Assembly: GCA_045565315.1 (NCBI GenBank)
Contig: JBJLFO010000001.1
Location: 593,542 to 657,541, forward strand
Direction of reading: 5' to 3'
Source of the DNA: Alphaproteobacteria bacterium
GTDB lineage: Bacteria; Pseudomonadota; Alphaproteobacteria; Rhizobiales; TMED25
DNA: 64,000 nucleotides
Shown: one piece after another, positions 16,223 to 27,719 of the stretch
How positions within the stretch are numbered: the stretch's first letter is position 1
Layout of the letters: each line of letters begins with the position of its first letter
Position numbers and translations under genes: made by a program
Notes under the pieces: model-generated
What the model saw: only the letters and a program-made list of their open reading frames with translations
Told to the model about the DNA's origin: nothing
The model's database searches: none

Positions 16223-17062
16223 ATGCCAATAATAAAGAAATTCTCAGATATAAATTTTACAGACGTTGCAAATGGTATCAAATGTAAAAATATTCTAGAC
16301 TCCAGTTCTCTAGACGATAACAGAATTATTATAGATTATTATGAAACATCACCAAAATCTTCATTAGACTTTAGCAATAATGAAAATGATATCACATGGA
16401 TTCAGATACTTTCTGGACGGATAGATACCTACTATCCTAATACATATATACCCGGTAGACGAGTTGATGATACTAAAATTATTTTTATAAAGGGAACCCA
16501 TCATGTTAGTCTGGATACTCCCAAAGGATCTTCTTTCATTGTAACAAGGATTCCAAATTATAAAATCCATGAAAATGATGCAAATGATATGTATGAGAGT
16601 GATCTGCGAGTTGTAAATTGGGGGAATGAGCCTGTTTTAAAATCTGAACATGATGATCGGAAAAGAGTCTATCTCTTATCTGACTCACTTGTAGGGACGG
16701 ATAGTGTTAAAGGTGAATTGATTGTGTACCCTCAATCCACTTCTTGTCCTGAGCATTACCACATGGGGGCCGAACATTATCAATTCATTACAAGTGGTTC
16801 GGTATTTGCAGTTTTAGACGGAGAGGAGAAAGAATTAAATAAATTTGACCTTCTTTATAACTTTGAGAATGAGAAACACTGGTTCTACACCAAAGACGAC
16901 CAATGTAAATTTGTAGAATTTTTTGTGCCTGGTGAAAATAAAACAATTTGGACACAAACAACAAACGTATGTACATGGTCTCCAATTGGAACAGACATAA
17001 GAGGAAAATCACCCTCAAGACATATTGAAAAACATGTCCATGGAGAAGGCAAGAACATTTAA
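16223..17062 (+). CDS. bicupin protein of unknown function; C-terminal cupin has an intact metal site
   Basis: PEHYHMGAEHYQFITSGS (H178, H180, E184, Y186) and NEKHWF (H219). The N-terminal cupin-like half lacks the His/Glu ligands. Confidence 0.6.
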   Translation: MPIIKKFSDINFTDVANGIKCKNILDSSSLDDNRIIIDYYETSPKSSLDFSNNENDITWIQILSGRIDTYYPNTYIPGRRVDDTKIIFIKGTHHVSLDTPKGSSFIVTRIPNYKIHENDANDMYESDLRVVNWGNEPVLKSEHDDRKRVYLLSDSLVGTDSVKGELIVYPQSTSCPEHYHMGAEHYQFITSGSVFAVLDGEEKELNKFDLLYNFENEKHWFYTKDDQCKFVEFFVPGENKTIWTQTTNVCTWSPIGTDIRGKSPSRHIEKHVHGEGKNI

Positions 17063-17276
17063 AAAGTGATCTCATCGCAAATGCCAACCGTATAATTGTT
17101 GTGTGGGTATTTGATACCTAGTATATGAACCTCAACTCAAAAAGCTATAAAATCAACACATCCTAATCCCTAATCCCTAATGTTGATTTATTCAATTACT
17201 CACACCCAATTTATATTCTTTTTTTATCGATTTAAAAACTCATTAATTTGCACTATATAAAAGTGATATGTTCTTA

Positions 17277-17305
17277 TTGAATATTAAGAATTATCATACT
17301 AATAT
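17277..17305 (+). promoter_or_regulatory. candidate sigma70-type promoter for the aminotransferase gene
   Basis: TTGAAT-N17-TAATAT, ending 37 nt before the ATG at 17343. Such matches are common by chance in AT-rich DNA. Confidence 0.25.
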
Positions 17306-17342
17306 ATGCCCTTCTTAACATTGTAAATATATAAAAATTGCT

Positions 17343-18710
17343 ATGAATAATCAATCTTATGAAGAATTAGATAGAAAAAATTTTATCCACCCACTAACTC
17401 ATCTTGGAAAATTTGAAAGAGGAGAGATACCGAGCAGAATAATGGAGTCCGCTAATGGTGTGCTTATAAAAGACACATCAGGAAAAGAGTATATCGATGC
17501 ATTTGCGGGCCTATATTGTATCAATGTAGGGTATGGTAGAAAAAAAATAATAGACGCAATTAAAAAACAAGTATCACAGCTAGCGTACTATCACTCCTAT
17601 TATGGAAATGCCACTGAGGCTTCTATAAAATTATCTGATATGATAATTGAGAGAGCCCCTAATAATATGAAAAAAATTTACTTTGGTCTTACAGGTTCTG
17701 ATGCTAACGAAACAAATATCAAATTACTCTGGCATTACAATAATTTAATAGGGAAAACAAAGAAGAAAAAGATAATAGCACGTATAGGTGGCTATCATGG
17801 TGCAGGCATTTTGACTGGAAGTCTGACTGGTTTAAAAAAGTATCATGAGAACTTTGATCTTCCAATAAGTGGTATTATCCATACAGAGGCTGCACATTAT
17901 TTTCATCGTGATGATCTTGATCAAGATGAAAACGACTTTTCTATAATGTGCGGTGAAAATCTTGAGCAGTTAATTATAAACGAAGGGCCCGATACAATTG
18001 CAGGATTTATTGCTGAACCAGTAATGGGTAATGGTGGTCTTGTCCCTCCACCAAAAAATTATTGGCCCATAATTTCAAATATACTTAAGAAATATGAAAT
18101 TGCATTTATATCTGATGAAGTTATAACTGGGTTTGGTAGGTTAGGTAAAATGTTTGGTGTTGAATATTATAATATAAAAGCTGATATGATAACAATAGCA
18201 AAGGGTTTAACGTCAGCTTACAGCCCCCTTTCGGGATCAATTATATCAGATAAAATATCCCAAGTTATTTCTGATGGAACTGACGAATTTGGCCCATTAA
18301 TGCAGGGGTCTACCTATTCCGCTCATCCTATATCTTGTGCGGCAGGTGTTGCAAATCTACAATTAATTGATGATGAGAATTTGATAGAAAATGGTCATTT
18401 GATTGCGAACTATTTCAATAATAAGCTTATCGAAAAGCTTGAAGATCATCCACTTGTTGGAGATGTGAGGTCAGCTGGATTGTTATCTGCTGTCGAGTTT
18501 GTAAAAGACAAAAAGAATAGAAATTTTTTTGACAAACAAGGTCAATTTGCACAGAAACTTGTTACGGTAATGTCTAAAAATGGAGTCTTAGCAAGGGCAA
18601 TGCCCTCAGGTGATACACTTGGATTTGCTCCAGCATTATGCTTAAATGAAAAAGAAGCTGATATAATTATTGAAAAGACACTTATTAGTTTGAAAGAAAT
18701 CACAAGTTAA
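17343..18710 (+). CDS. class III (omega-) aminotransferase
   Basis: PLP-Lys context ITIAKGLTSAY, DEVITGFGRLG, and N-terminal FIHPLTH. About 455 aa, like beta-alanine/putrescine/taurine:pyruvate transaminases. Confidence 0.85.
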   Translation: MNNQSYEELDRKNFIHPLTHLGKFERGEIPSRIMESANGVLIKDTSGKEYIDAFAGLYCINVGYGRKKIIDAIKKQVSQLAYYHSYYGNATEASIKLSDMIIERAPNNMKKIYFGLTGSDANETNIKLLWHYNNLIGKTKKKKIIARIGGYHGAGILTGSLTGLKKYHENFDLPISGIIHTEAAHYFHRDDLDQDENDFSIMCGENLEQLIINEGPDTIAGFIAEPVMGNGGLVPPPKNYWPIISNILKKYEIAFISDEVITGFGRLGKMFGVEYYNIKADMITIAKGLTSAYSPLSGSIISDKISQVISDGTDEFGPLMQGSTYSAHPISCAAGVANLQLIDDENLIENGHLIANYFNNKLIEKLEDHPLVGDVRSAGLLSAVEFVKDKKNRNFFDKQGQFAQKLVTVMSKNGVLARAMPSGDTLGFAPALCLNEKEADIIIEKTLISLKEITS

Positions 18711-19443
18711 TTGTATCAATTGAGTCAATTATTTTACTATCCACTATAATTGGATTATTGGACGGTTTTTTGAGCTCCCATGGTAGTCCTTCGATTGCGT
18801 CTTCATAAGAAAAATCTTGCAGAATACTGTGCAAATACCAGCCGTCTGGGCTCATTTTAAATTTAGCTCTATCAGTTATTAGCATTGATGGACCACTACC
18901 TAATTTGTATTTATCTCTTAATTGGTCTATCTCTGATCCTGAGCCAGGGCTTGTAATAAAATCTACATCATTAACGAATCTTCGCGGCTCATGAGGCATT
19001 AAAATAAATAGATTCGGAACCAAGCAAGCGATATCATGAGCTCCACCAGATCCTACCATTCTAACTTTTGGTTCATCGTAAGAGCCAATTACAGTTGAGT
19101 TTAAATTTCCGAACTTATCAATCTGAGCTGCCGAGAGAAGACCTACATCAATTCTTCCAGCTTGGAGTTCTGAAAATACAGAGAAACTATCTGTTATCAT
19201 ATCTGATCCAAAGGCAATTGATGGACTTCCGGTTGAATAGGATTTCGTTTGGGGGAATGCACCAATTGCTCCTGACTCATATATTAAATTTAGATTTGGC
19301 TCTACACTGAGCTTTGCCAAACATGCAGCGTCTGATGGAATTCCAATACCCACAAAACAGGATTGGTAACCTATGAGTTCACTAGCAGCAATCATTGCAA
19401 TGCGTTTATTTATTGATATATCTTTATAATTATTTACTTTCAT
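18700..19443 (-). CDS. family I CoA-transferase, beta subunit (GctB/AtoA-like)
   Basis: ESG active-site Glu context LIYESGAIG. 4-nt overlap with the alpha subunit gene. Confidence 0.7.
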   Translation of the reverse strand: MKVNNYKDISINKRIAMIAASELIGYQSCFVGIGIPSDAACLAKLSVEPNLNLIYESGAIGAFPQTKSYSTGSPSIAFGSDMITDSFSVFSELQAGRIDVGLLSAAQIDKFGNLNSTVIGSYDEPKVRMVGSGGAHDIACLVPNLFILMPHEPRRFVNDVDFITSPGSGSEIDQLRDKYKLGSGPSMLITDRAKFKMSPDGWYLHSILQDFSYEDAIEGLPWELKKPSNNPIIVDSKIIDSIDTINL

Positions 19444-20324
19444 ATTTTACCACATGGACCTTTTTCAAGGTCGATAAGTTTCTCTTTCCCAATCGTTTCT
19501 TGATATTCTGTTATGGTTTCAGATGAATAGATCCACTCATCAAGATATTGCGCAAGCTTATCTTCATCTCTGGAGATACTATCATATTCCTTATAGTGAT
19601 CGTCGTCTCTTGAATAGAAGCCAGAAACATAAGATGGATATGCTCCAAATGGCACTTCTACAATACTCGTTACTCTATGTGAGGGAATTACTGTCTTTTC
19701 TGGAGATAATTTGAGAGTTTCATTATCAATAATTTTTTCTACACTAACAATAATCTTGTCTGAGGCCAATGCACCCTCAATTGTGTCACCATCTATCCCC
19801 CACATTTGAACATTGCCATATTTATCTGCTTTTTGTGCATGGATTAACGCAACATCCGGCTTTAAAGAGGGTATTGCAGAATAAATATTTCCTGTATAGG
19901 GACAGCTAGTTGATTGCAAGTAATCTATACTAGGCGGTTTATCTCCAATTTGAAGAATTTTTGAGGGTAAATAGCTAACTCCCATTCGAGCTGCATGGAA
20001 TCTTAAAATCATGGATTGATTTGTCCATTCTTCTACTTCAATTTTTTTTGATTTATAAGCTCTATTAAATGAATGTGATAGCCCTATTGATGGATTGCCT
20101 ATATATCCAAATATAACTTTCTTAATAATCTTTGCTGCAATTAATTGATCAAATAAAATATCTGCACCTGACCTACAAATTGTAAGATCTTTTTTATTTT
20201 GCCTGATTAATTCATGGCTTAAAAAGAAAGGTATTAAATGACCAAACCCTCCAATGAATATAGTATCATTATTGGTGATATTATTCTTTATAGTCTCATT
20301 TATATTTGAAATTTTTTCAATCAT
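19440..20324 (-). CDS. family I CoA-transferase, alpha subunit (GctA/AtoD-like)
   Basis: N-terminal IFIGGFG and a glutaconate-CoA-transferase-like layout. Paired with the beta subunit. Confidence 0.7.
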   Translation of the reverse strand: MIEKISNINETIKNNITNNDTIFIGGFGHLIPFFLSHELIRQNKKDLTICRSGADILFDQLIAAKIIKKVIFGYIGNPSIGLSHSFNRAYKSKKIEVEEWTNQSMILRFHAARMGVSYLPSKILQIGDKPPSIDYLQSTSCPYTGNIYSAIPSLKPDVALIHAQKADKYGNVQMWGIDGDTIEGALASDKIIVSVEKIIDNETLKLSPEKTVIPSHRVTSIVEVPFGAYPSYVSGFYSRDDDHYKEYDSISRDEDKLAQYLDEWIYSSETITEYQETIGKEKLIDLEKGPCGKI

Positions 20325-20337
20325 GAAATGAATTTAT

Positions 20338-21537
20338 TTAAATTATTTTCTTCGATCTCATATCGTTAATCATCTCGTCATCATAACCAAGGGAATTTAA
20401 GATATTCTGATTATCTTCCCCGAGTAGAGGTGGTGCTTTATTAATTTGTGCTGGAGTATTAGAAAACCTATATGGAACACCCAGCATTTTGAGCCTACCT
20501 GCCTGAGAATGATCAATCTCAACCACCATATCATTTGCCAAAGTTTGTTCATCTGATAAAGCGCTTTCGACAGAATTTACTGCACTCGCTGGTATGTTAG
20601 AGTCTAACAACTGCACCAACCATTCTTTAACTGTTTTTCTTTCAATAACTTTTTGAATTTCTGCATCTATAGCATCTCTATTTATTACACGATCTGCATT
20701 CTTGATAAATCGACTATCTTTGGACCATTCCTCTTTTTCGAGACATACACTAAATTTTTCAAATTGTGTATCGTTTCCAACAGCAATCGCAATACTTCCA
20801 TCGCTTGCTTCAAAAGTTCTATATGGAACAATATTCGGATGACCATTTCCAAACCTTCTTGCAGGCTTACCAGAGACAAGATGATTTGCTGCAACATTTA
20901 CGAGCATAGATATACTTGTAGTATATAAACTGGTCTCAACTTTTTGACCTTCACCTGATGAGTTTCTAGAATTTAGAGCTCCTAATATTGCTATCGTAGC
21001 GTTCATACCTGTACATATATCCACTAATGCAACCCCCACTTTCATGGGATCACCATTTTCTTCACCTGTGATGCTCATAAGTCCACTTTCAGCTTGAAGT
21101 AAAAAATCATATCCGGGTCTTTTCCCTCTTGGTCCCCTCCCTCCATAACCAGTTATTTGACAATGGATTAACTGAGGTGCTTCTTTTTTGCGCCAATCAT
21201 CAGTTATTCCAAACTTATCTAGCGTTCCAAACTTAAAATTTTCAATCAATACATCAGATTCTTTAAGAAGCTTTTTTAATATCTCTATTCCTTGATCTGA
21301 CTTTAAATCTAGAGTCACACTTTTCTTATTTCTATTAATACCAAGAAAATAAGCAGCTTCGCTTCCTGCAAAAGGTGGTCCCCAAGAACGAGTATCGTCA
21401 CCTTTTCCAGGCTGCTCAATCTTTATTATTTCTGCACCCATATCACCCAAATTCATTGTGCAAAATGGTCCAGCTAAAATTCTACTTAAATCTAGGACCC
21501 TAATACCATTTAGTGGACCTTCCATCTTAGTAGCCAT
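20338..21537 (-). CDS. family III CoA-transferase (CaiB/BaiF/Frc family)
   Basis: LAGPFCTMNLGDMGAEIIKIE at the N-terminus, with the catalytic Asp context GVALVDICTG. 399 aa. Confidence 0.85.
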   Translation of the reverse strand: MATKMEGPLNGIRVLDLSRILAGPFCTMNLGDMGAEIIKIEQPGKGDDTRSWGPPFAGSEAAYFLGINRNKKSVTLDLKSDQGIEILKKLLKESDVLIENFKFGTLDKFGITDDWRKKEAPQLIHCQITGYGGRGPRGKRPGYDFLLQAESGLMSITGEENGDPMKVGVALVDICTGMNATIAILGALNSRNSSGEGQKVETSLYTTSISMLVNVAANHLVSGKPARRFGNGHPNIVPYRTFEASDGSIAIAVGNDTQFEKFSVCLEKEEWSKDSRFIKNADRVINRDAIDAEIQKVIERKTVKEWLVQLLDSNIPASAVNSVESALSDEQTLANDMVVEIDHSQAGRLKMLGVPYRFSNTPAQINKAPPLLGEDNQNILNSLGYDDEMINDMRSKKII

Positions 21538-21558
21538 TATGATATCTTTTATTCATTT

Positions 21559-22422
21559 TTATGATCTTTCATTTTCATCATTTTCAAGACCATCTAAGTA
21601 TGACTCAACGTTATCTTTTCTTTTTTCACGAAACTGCTGAAAATCTGGTTTTCTTTTTTCTAGAAAAGCATTCATACCTTCCATAGACTCATCTGAACCC
21701 CATACATGAGCTAATAATTCCATACCATGCTGCCAACTTGCGTAAAGAGTATCTGAGTCATGATTTAGTGATTTTTTTGTCTGTCTGATTGTTTGCCCAC
21801 TTCTTTCTATGAGTCCTTCACACCACTTTTGAGTTTCTTCATCCAATTTATTTTTTGGAACAACTCTGTTAATCAAGCCTATATTTACAGCTTCTTGAGC
21901 TGTGAATCTTCTTGCCATGAATATCATTTCTTTCGCTAATCGAGAACCTATTAGTTGTGGTAAATACTGAGTTGCTCCAACAGTTGGGCAGGCTCCAACA
22001 ACAGCTCCACTTTGGCCAAATACTGCATCATCCGCAGCTATTACTAAATCACACCAAAGTGCTAACTCGTGGCCACCGCCCATACAATACCCATGAACAG
22101 ATGCAACTACAGGAATTGGAATACCCCTTATAGCCATTGCAAGTGCTAACATTCTATCATTCCAATGGGCTGCGTTTTCCCAATCCAATCGCATCATTGC
22201 ATGGAAATCACCACCAGCTGAAAAAGCTTTATCACCAACCCCGTTAATTACAACACAAACAATTGATGGATCATTTCTAGTAGATAAGACTGCGTGTGTT
22301 AACTCATCAAGAGTTTGTTCCCTAAAGGCATTTCGTACATCTGGTCTATTAATTGATATCCATGCAACCTTATTTCTAATTTCAAATAAAACTTCTTTAT
22401 AATCTCCACCTGCTTTTGACAT
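21559..22422 (-). CDS. enoyl-CoA hydratase/isomerase (crotonase) superfamily protein
   Basis: Oxyanion-hole segments KAFSAGGDF and GYCMGGGHELALWCD. C-terminal FLEKRKPDF. Confidence 0.85.
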   Translation of the reverse strand: MSKAGGDYKEVLFEIRNKVAWISINRPDVRNAFREQTLDELTHAVLSTRNDPSIVCVVINGVGDKAFSAGGDFHAMMRLDWENAAHWNDRMLALAMAIRGIPIPVVASVHGYCMGGGHELALWCDLVIAADDAVFGQSGAVVGACPTVGATQYLPQLIGSRLAKEMIFMARRFTAQEAVNIGLINRVVPKNKLDEETQKWCEGLIERSGQTIRQTKKSLNHDSDTLYASWQHGMELLAHVWGSDESMEGMNAFLEKRKPDFQQFREKRKDNVESYLDGLENDENERS

Positions 22423-22472
22423 CTTTTACCTCTATATTTATTTTTTTAATTTCATAATGCGAAAAACTATCA

Positions 22473-22907
22473 TTATTTCTTGCGTTCTTCAACCTCAATT
22501 AATGCTCCTGAAACTTGTTTTGGGTGAATAAAGTATAAATTTCTACCATGATAGCCTTTTGTTGGTTCAGATATGATGCTAACACCATTACTCTTCTGAT
22601 TCTCATACTTTTTATTTACATCATCAACAGCTAAACAGTAATGATGTAAACCACCATTTGGGTTTCTGAGAAGGAATTTTGCAATTGGAGACTGGTCATC
22701 TAATGGTTCCATAAGTTCAATTTTTATATTGCCTATTGATATGGTTGCCATCTTTATCTTTTGCTCTTCAATTATTATTATTTCCCCCGCGGATATACCA
22801 AAGGTATTTTCATATTGCTCCACTGCATCTTCAATATTTGGAACTGCCTGGGCTATATGATCAAAAATCATACCACCTGAACCATTTGAATTATCTGTTT
22901 TACTCAT
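22473..22907 (-). CDS. VOC-fold protein, methylmalonyl-CoA epimerase-like
   Basis: HIAQAV..IELMEP..SPIAKFL..GGLHHYCLAVDDV pattern, as in methylmalonyl-CoA epimerases. Confidence 0.65.
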   Translation of the reverse strand: MSKTDNSNGSGGMIFDHIAQAVPNIEDAVEQYENTFGISAGEIIIIEEQKIKMATISIGNIKIELMEPLDDQSPIAKFLLRNPNGGLHHYCLAVDDVNKKYENQKSNGVSIISEPTKGYHGRNLYFIHPKQVSGALIEVEERKK

Positions 22908-23050
22908 CTTAATCTCCTAAACTTACACATTCATGCACAATTTTGTTTTTATTTTATATATGTCAGAAAAAAAATCTATGTATAATCATAAATATTTTAT
23001 ATGGTACGTTATATATACAATTCAAAAAAATTTTACTGTGAGGAAATTCA

Positions 23051-23971
23051 ATGTTAAACCCGTTTAATCAACCAGAACTAATAAAAGCTGAAATATTTAC
23101 TGAGCTACCAGAAAAGTATAGGGATACAAAACAAACAGCTTGGTCTAATCCAAATAGGCAAGGAGCAAAAGTAAATCAATTTCTTGAAGGCCCATCATTT
23201 GACAGACAAGGAAACCTATATGTAACTGATATACCTTTCGGTAGAATATTTAAAATTACTCCTCAAGGAGAATGGGATATTATTTGCGAATATGATGGTT
23301 GGCCAAATGGGCTAAAATTCCATAAGGATGGCTCTGCTTATATTGCCTGTTATAAACAAGGTTTAATGAAATTAGATGTTAATTCAGGATCAATAGAACC
23401 AATTATAGGAACAATGTACTCTGAGGGTTTTAAAGGTTTAAATGATCTTCATTTTACATCAAACGGAGACCTATATTTTACTGACCAAGGTCAGACTGGT
23501 ATAATAGATCCAACCGGAAGGGTGTTTAGGTTAACTGCAAATGGTGAATTACATAAACTTGTAACAAATGCGCCAAGTCCAAATGGGATAACTGTTAACA
23601 ACTCAGAAAATCAAGTATACGTCGCTATAACAAGATCACAACAAATATGGCGTCTTCCACTAATGGGTGACAATAGTGTAAGCAAGAGTGGTGTTGCAAT
23701 CCAATTATCGGGTGGCCACGCTGGACCTGATGGACTGGAAATGGACTCTGAAGATGGTATGATTGTAAATCATCTAGGTGTCGGTGTTTGGAGATTTGAT
23801 AATAATTGTCTTCCAACTCACCTAATTTATACTGATAATCATAGTTTGATGACTAACACAGCTTTTGGTGGCCCAGATAGAAAAACACTTTACATCACTG
23901 ACTCAATGAATGGTAGAATAATGAGGGCGAGTCTGCCGGTTCCAGGTAAGCTACTATATGGATTATCTTAA
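23051..23971 (+). CDS. SMP-30/gluconolactonase/LRE-like beta-propeller protein
   Basis: EGPSFDRQGNLYVTD, PNGLKF, LNDLHFTSNGDLYFTD, PNGI and GPDGLEMD propeller-blade motifs. Confidence 0.8.
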   Translation: MLNPFNQPELIKAEIFTELPEKYRDTKQTAWSNPNRQGAKVNQFLEGPSFDRQGNLYVTDIPFGRIFKITPQGEWDIICEYDGWPNGLKFHKDGSAYIACYKQGLMKLDVNSGSIEPIIGTMYSEGFKGLNDLHFTSNGDLYFTDQGQTGIIDPTGRVFRLTANGELHKLVTNAPSPNGITVNNSENQVYVAITRSQQIWRLPLMGDNSVSKSGVAIQLSGGHAGPDGLEMDSEDGMIVNHLGVGVWRFDNNCLPTHLIYTDNHSLMTNTAFGGPDRKTLYITDSMNGRIMRASLPVPGKLLYGLS

Positions 23972-24003
23972 AATTACTCGTGGTATAATTAATAGGTCAT
24001 AAA

Positions 24004-25197
24004 ATGGAAAATGGTTATTTTATAAAGAATATAGATAGTAAAAGTAAGGATTACCTCAATGCAAAATATCCGTTATTTTCTGAAAACGAATATAAAAGAA
24101 GATTTGATTTACTGGAAAATATTCTAATTCAGAATAAATTAGATAAAATTATAATCTATGAAGCCATAGGCTCAGGAAGTGCTATCCAGTATTTTACAGG
24201 TTGGCACACAACACAAGAAGCCCTTGCTGAAGTTAATTCTGATGAAAAAATAAATCTATATGTTGAGCACTACAATCACCTACCAATGGCAGAGAAACTC
24301 GTTAACAAGATCACAAAACTATTTTGGGGAGAAAGGCAATTATCCCAAAAAATTTTTCCTAAGATAATGGAAGATCTTCAGGAAGGCAGCACAATTGGTG
24401 TTATCGGAAGACTTCCTTATAGCTATATAAAACAAATTCAAAAAAATAATATCAAAGTGATTGATATATTTTCTGATTATAATCTAATGAGATCTATTAA
24501 AAGTAATGAAGAATTATCTTGGCTAAAAATTGCTGCAGCATTAACAGATGAGGGTATTAATAATTTAGTTGAAAACCTTACGCCCGGATTAAATGAACAT
24601 GAAATGTCTCAGATAACACAATCGGGTTATTTAAAGCATGGTGGTCATAAGATTATTAATTTCTTTGGTATTACAAATATGGATAATCCTGATAATTGCG
24701 TGCCTTATCAATATACTTCAAATAAAATTATCTCAGCAGATGATATTATAACCACTGAAATTAGTTCCCATTTTTGGAATTACCCAGGGCAAGTTTTAAG
24801 AACTATTGGTTTTAAAAAAATGAATACACTCTACTCAGAATTACACGAAGTTGGAGATGAAGTTTTTAAAAATATTTTTTCAATTCTAAGAGATGGAACA
24901 TCCATAGATGAAATAAATGAAATATCTTCAACAATTGAAAGTGGTAACTTCTCTATATGGGATGATCTAATCCACGGATATGGTGGTGGGTATCTCGATC
25001 CAGTTATTGGAACTAAGAGTCGCCCGGCAAGCCATTACCCAGGTTTTAAATTCAAAGAGAATATGACAGTCGTCATTCAGCCAAATGTAATTACTAGAGA
25101 TCACAATGCTGGAATTCAAACAGGTGAGTTGGTCCATATTCAAAAAGACAAAGCGGTAAGACTTCATACATTTAAGCAAGGATATATAGAAATATAA
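24004..25197 (+). CDS. M24 (creatinase/prolidase fold) family protein with a degenerate metal site
   Basis: Creatinase-like N domain plus a pita-bread domain. By-eye alignment gives D246/247, Q263, H324, Q359 and E375 where M24 metallopeptidases have D, D, H, E, E. Confidence 0.6.
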   Translation: MENGYFIKNIDSKSKDYLNAKYPLFSENEYKRRFDLLENILIQNKLDKIIIYEAIGSGSAIQYFTGWHTTQEALAEVNSDEKINLYVEHYNHLPMAEKLVNKITKLFWGERQLSQKIFPKIMEDLQEGSTIGVIGRLPYSYIKQIQKNNIKVIDIFSDYNLMRSIKSNEELSWLKIAAALTDEGINNLVENLTPGLNEHEMSQITQSGYLKHGGHKIINFFGITNMDNPDNCVPYQYTSNKIISADDIITTEISSHFWNYPGQVLRTIGFKKMNTLYSELHEVGDEVFKNIFSILRDGTSIDEINEISSTIESGNFSIWDDLIHGYGGGYLDPVIGTKSRPASHYPGFKFKENMTVVIQPNVITRDHNAGIQTGELVHIQKDKAVRLHTFKQGYIEI

Positions 25198-25210
25198 GAT
25201 ATTGGGAAAA

Positions 25211-27652
<2,442 letters not shown>

Positions 27653-27719
27653 TTATTTGTGTATTGTTTACAGCTATTATTAGATTAAAAAAAACGTGAT
27701 TCTGCAAGTTTATAATAAT

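Noticed and set aside
17152-17187. A telomere-like tandem heptamer, CCTAAT-CCCTAAT-CCCTAAT, sits in the loop of a 7-bp hairpin (ATCAACA/TGTTGAT) about 90 nt after the bicupin stop.
   Set aside because: There are only about 3 copies. The unit (CCCTAAT) is neither the vertebrate nor the plant telomere repeat. It is most simply a weak terminator-like hairpin or slippage product in an intergenic spacer.
18700-18710. Convergent gene ends that abut or overlap without terminators: 2058/2059, 18700-18710, 25197/25211 and 62318/62341. These could be possible antisense-regulation sites.
   Set aside because: This is a general property of this very compact genome, seen throughout the window, rather than a locus-specific signal.
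22934-23077. A ~47-codon plus-strand ORF (MHNFVFILYMSEKK...) lies in the divergent promoter region between the CoA operon and the SMP-30-like gene.
   Set aside because: It has no RBS and an AT-driven low-complexity translation. It also runs out of frame into the well-supported start of the SMP-30-like gene.
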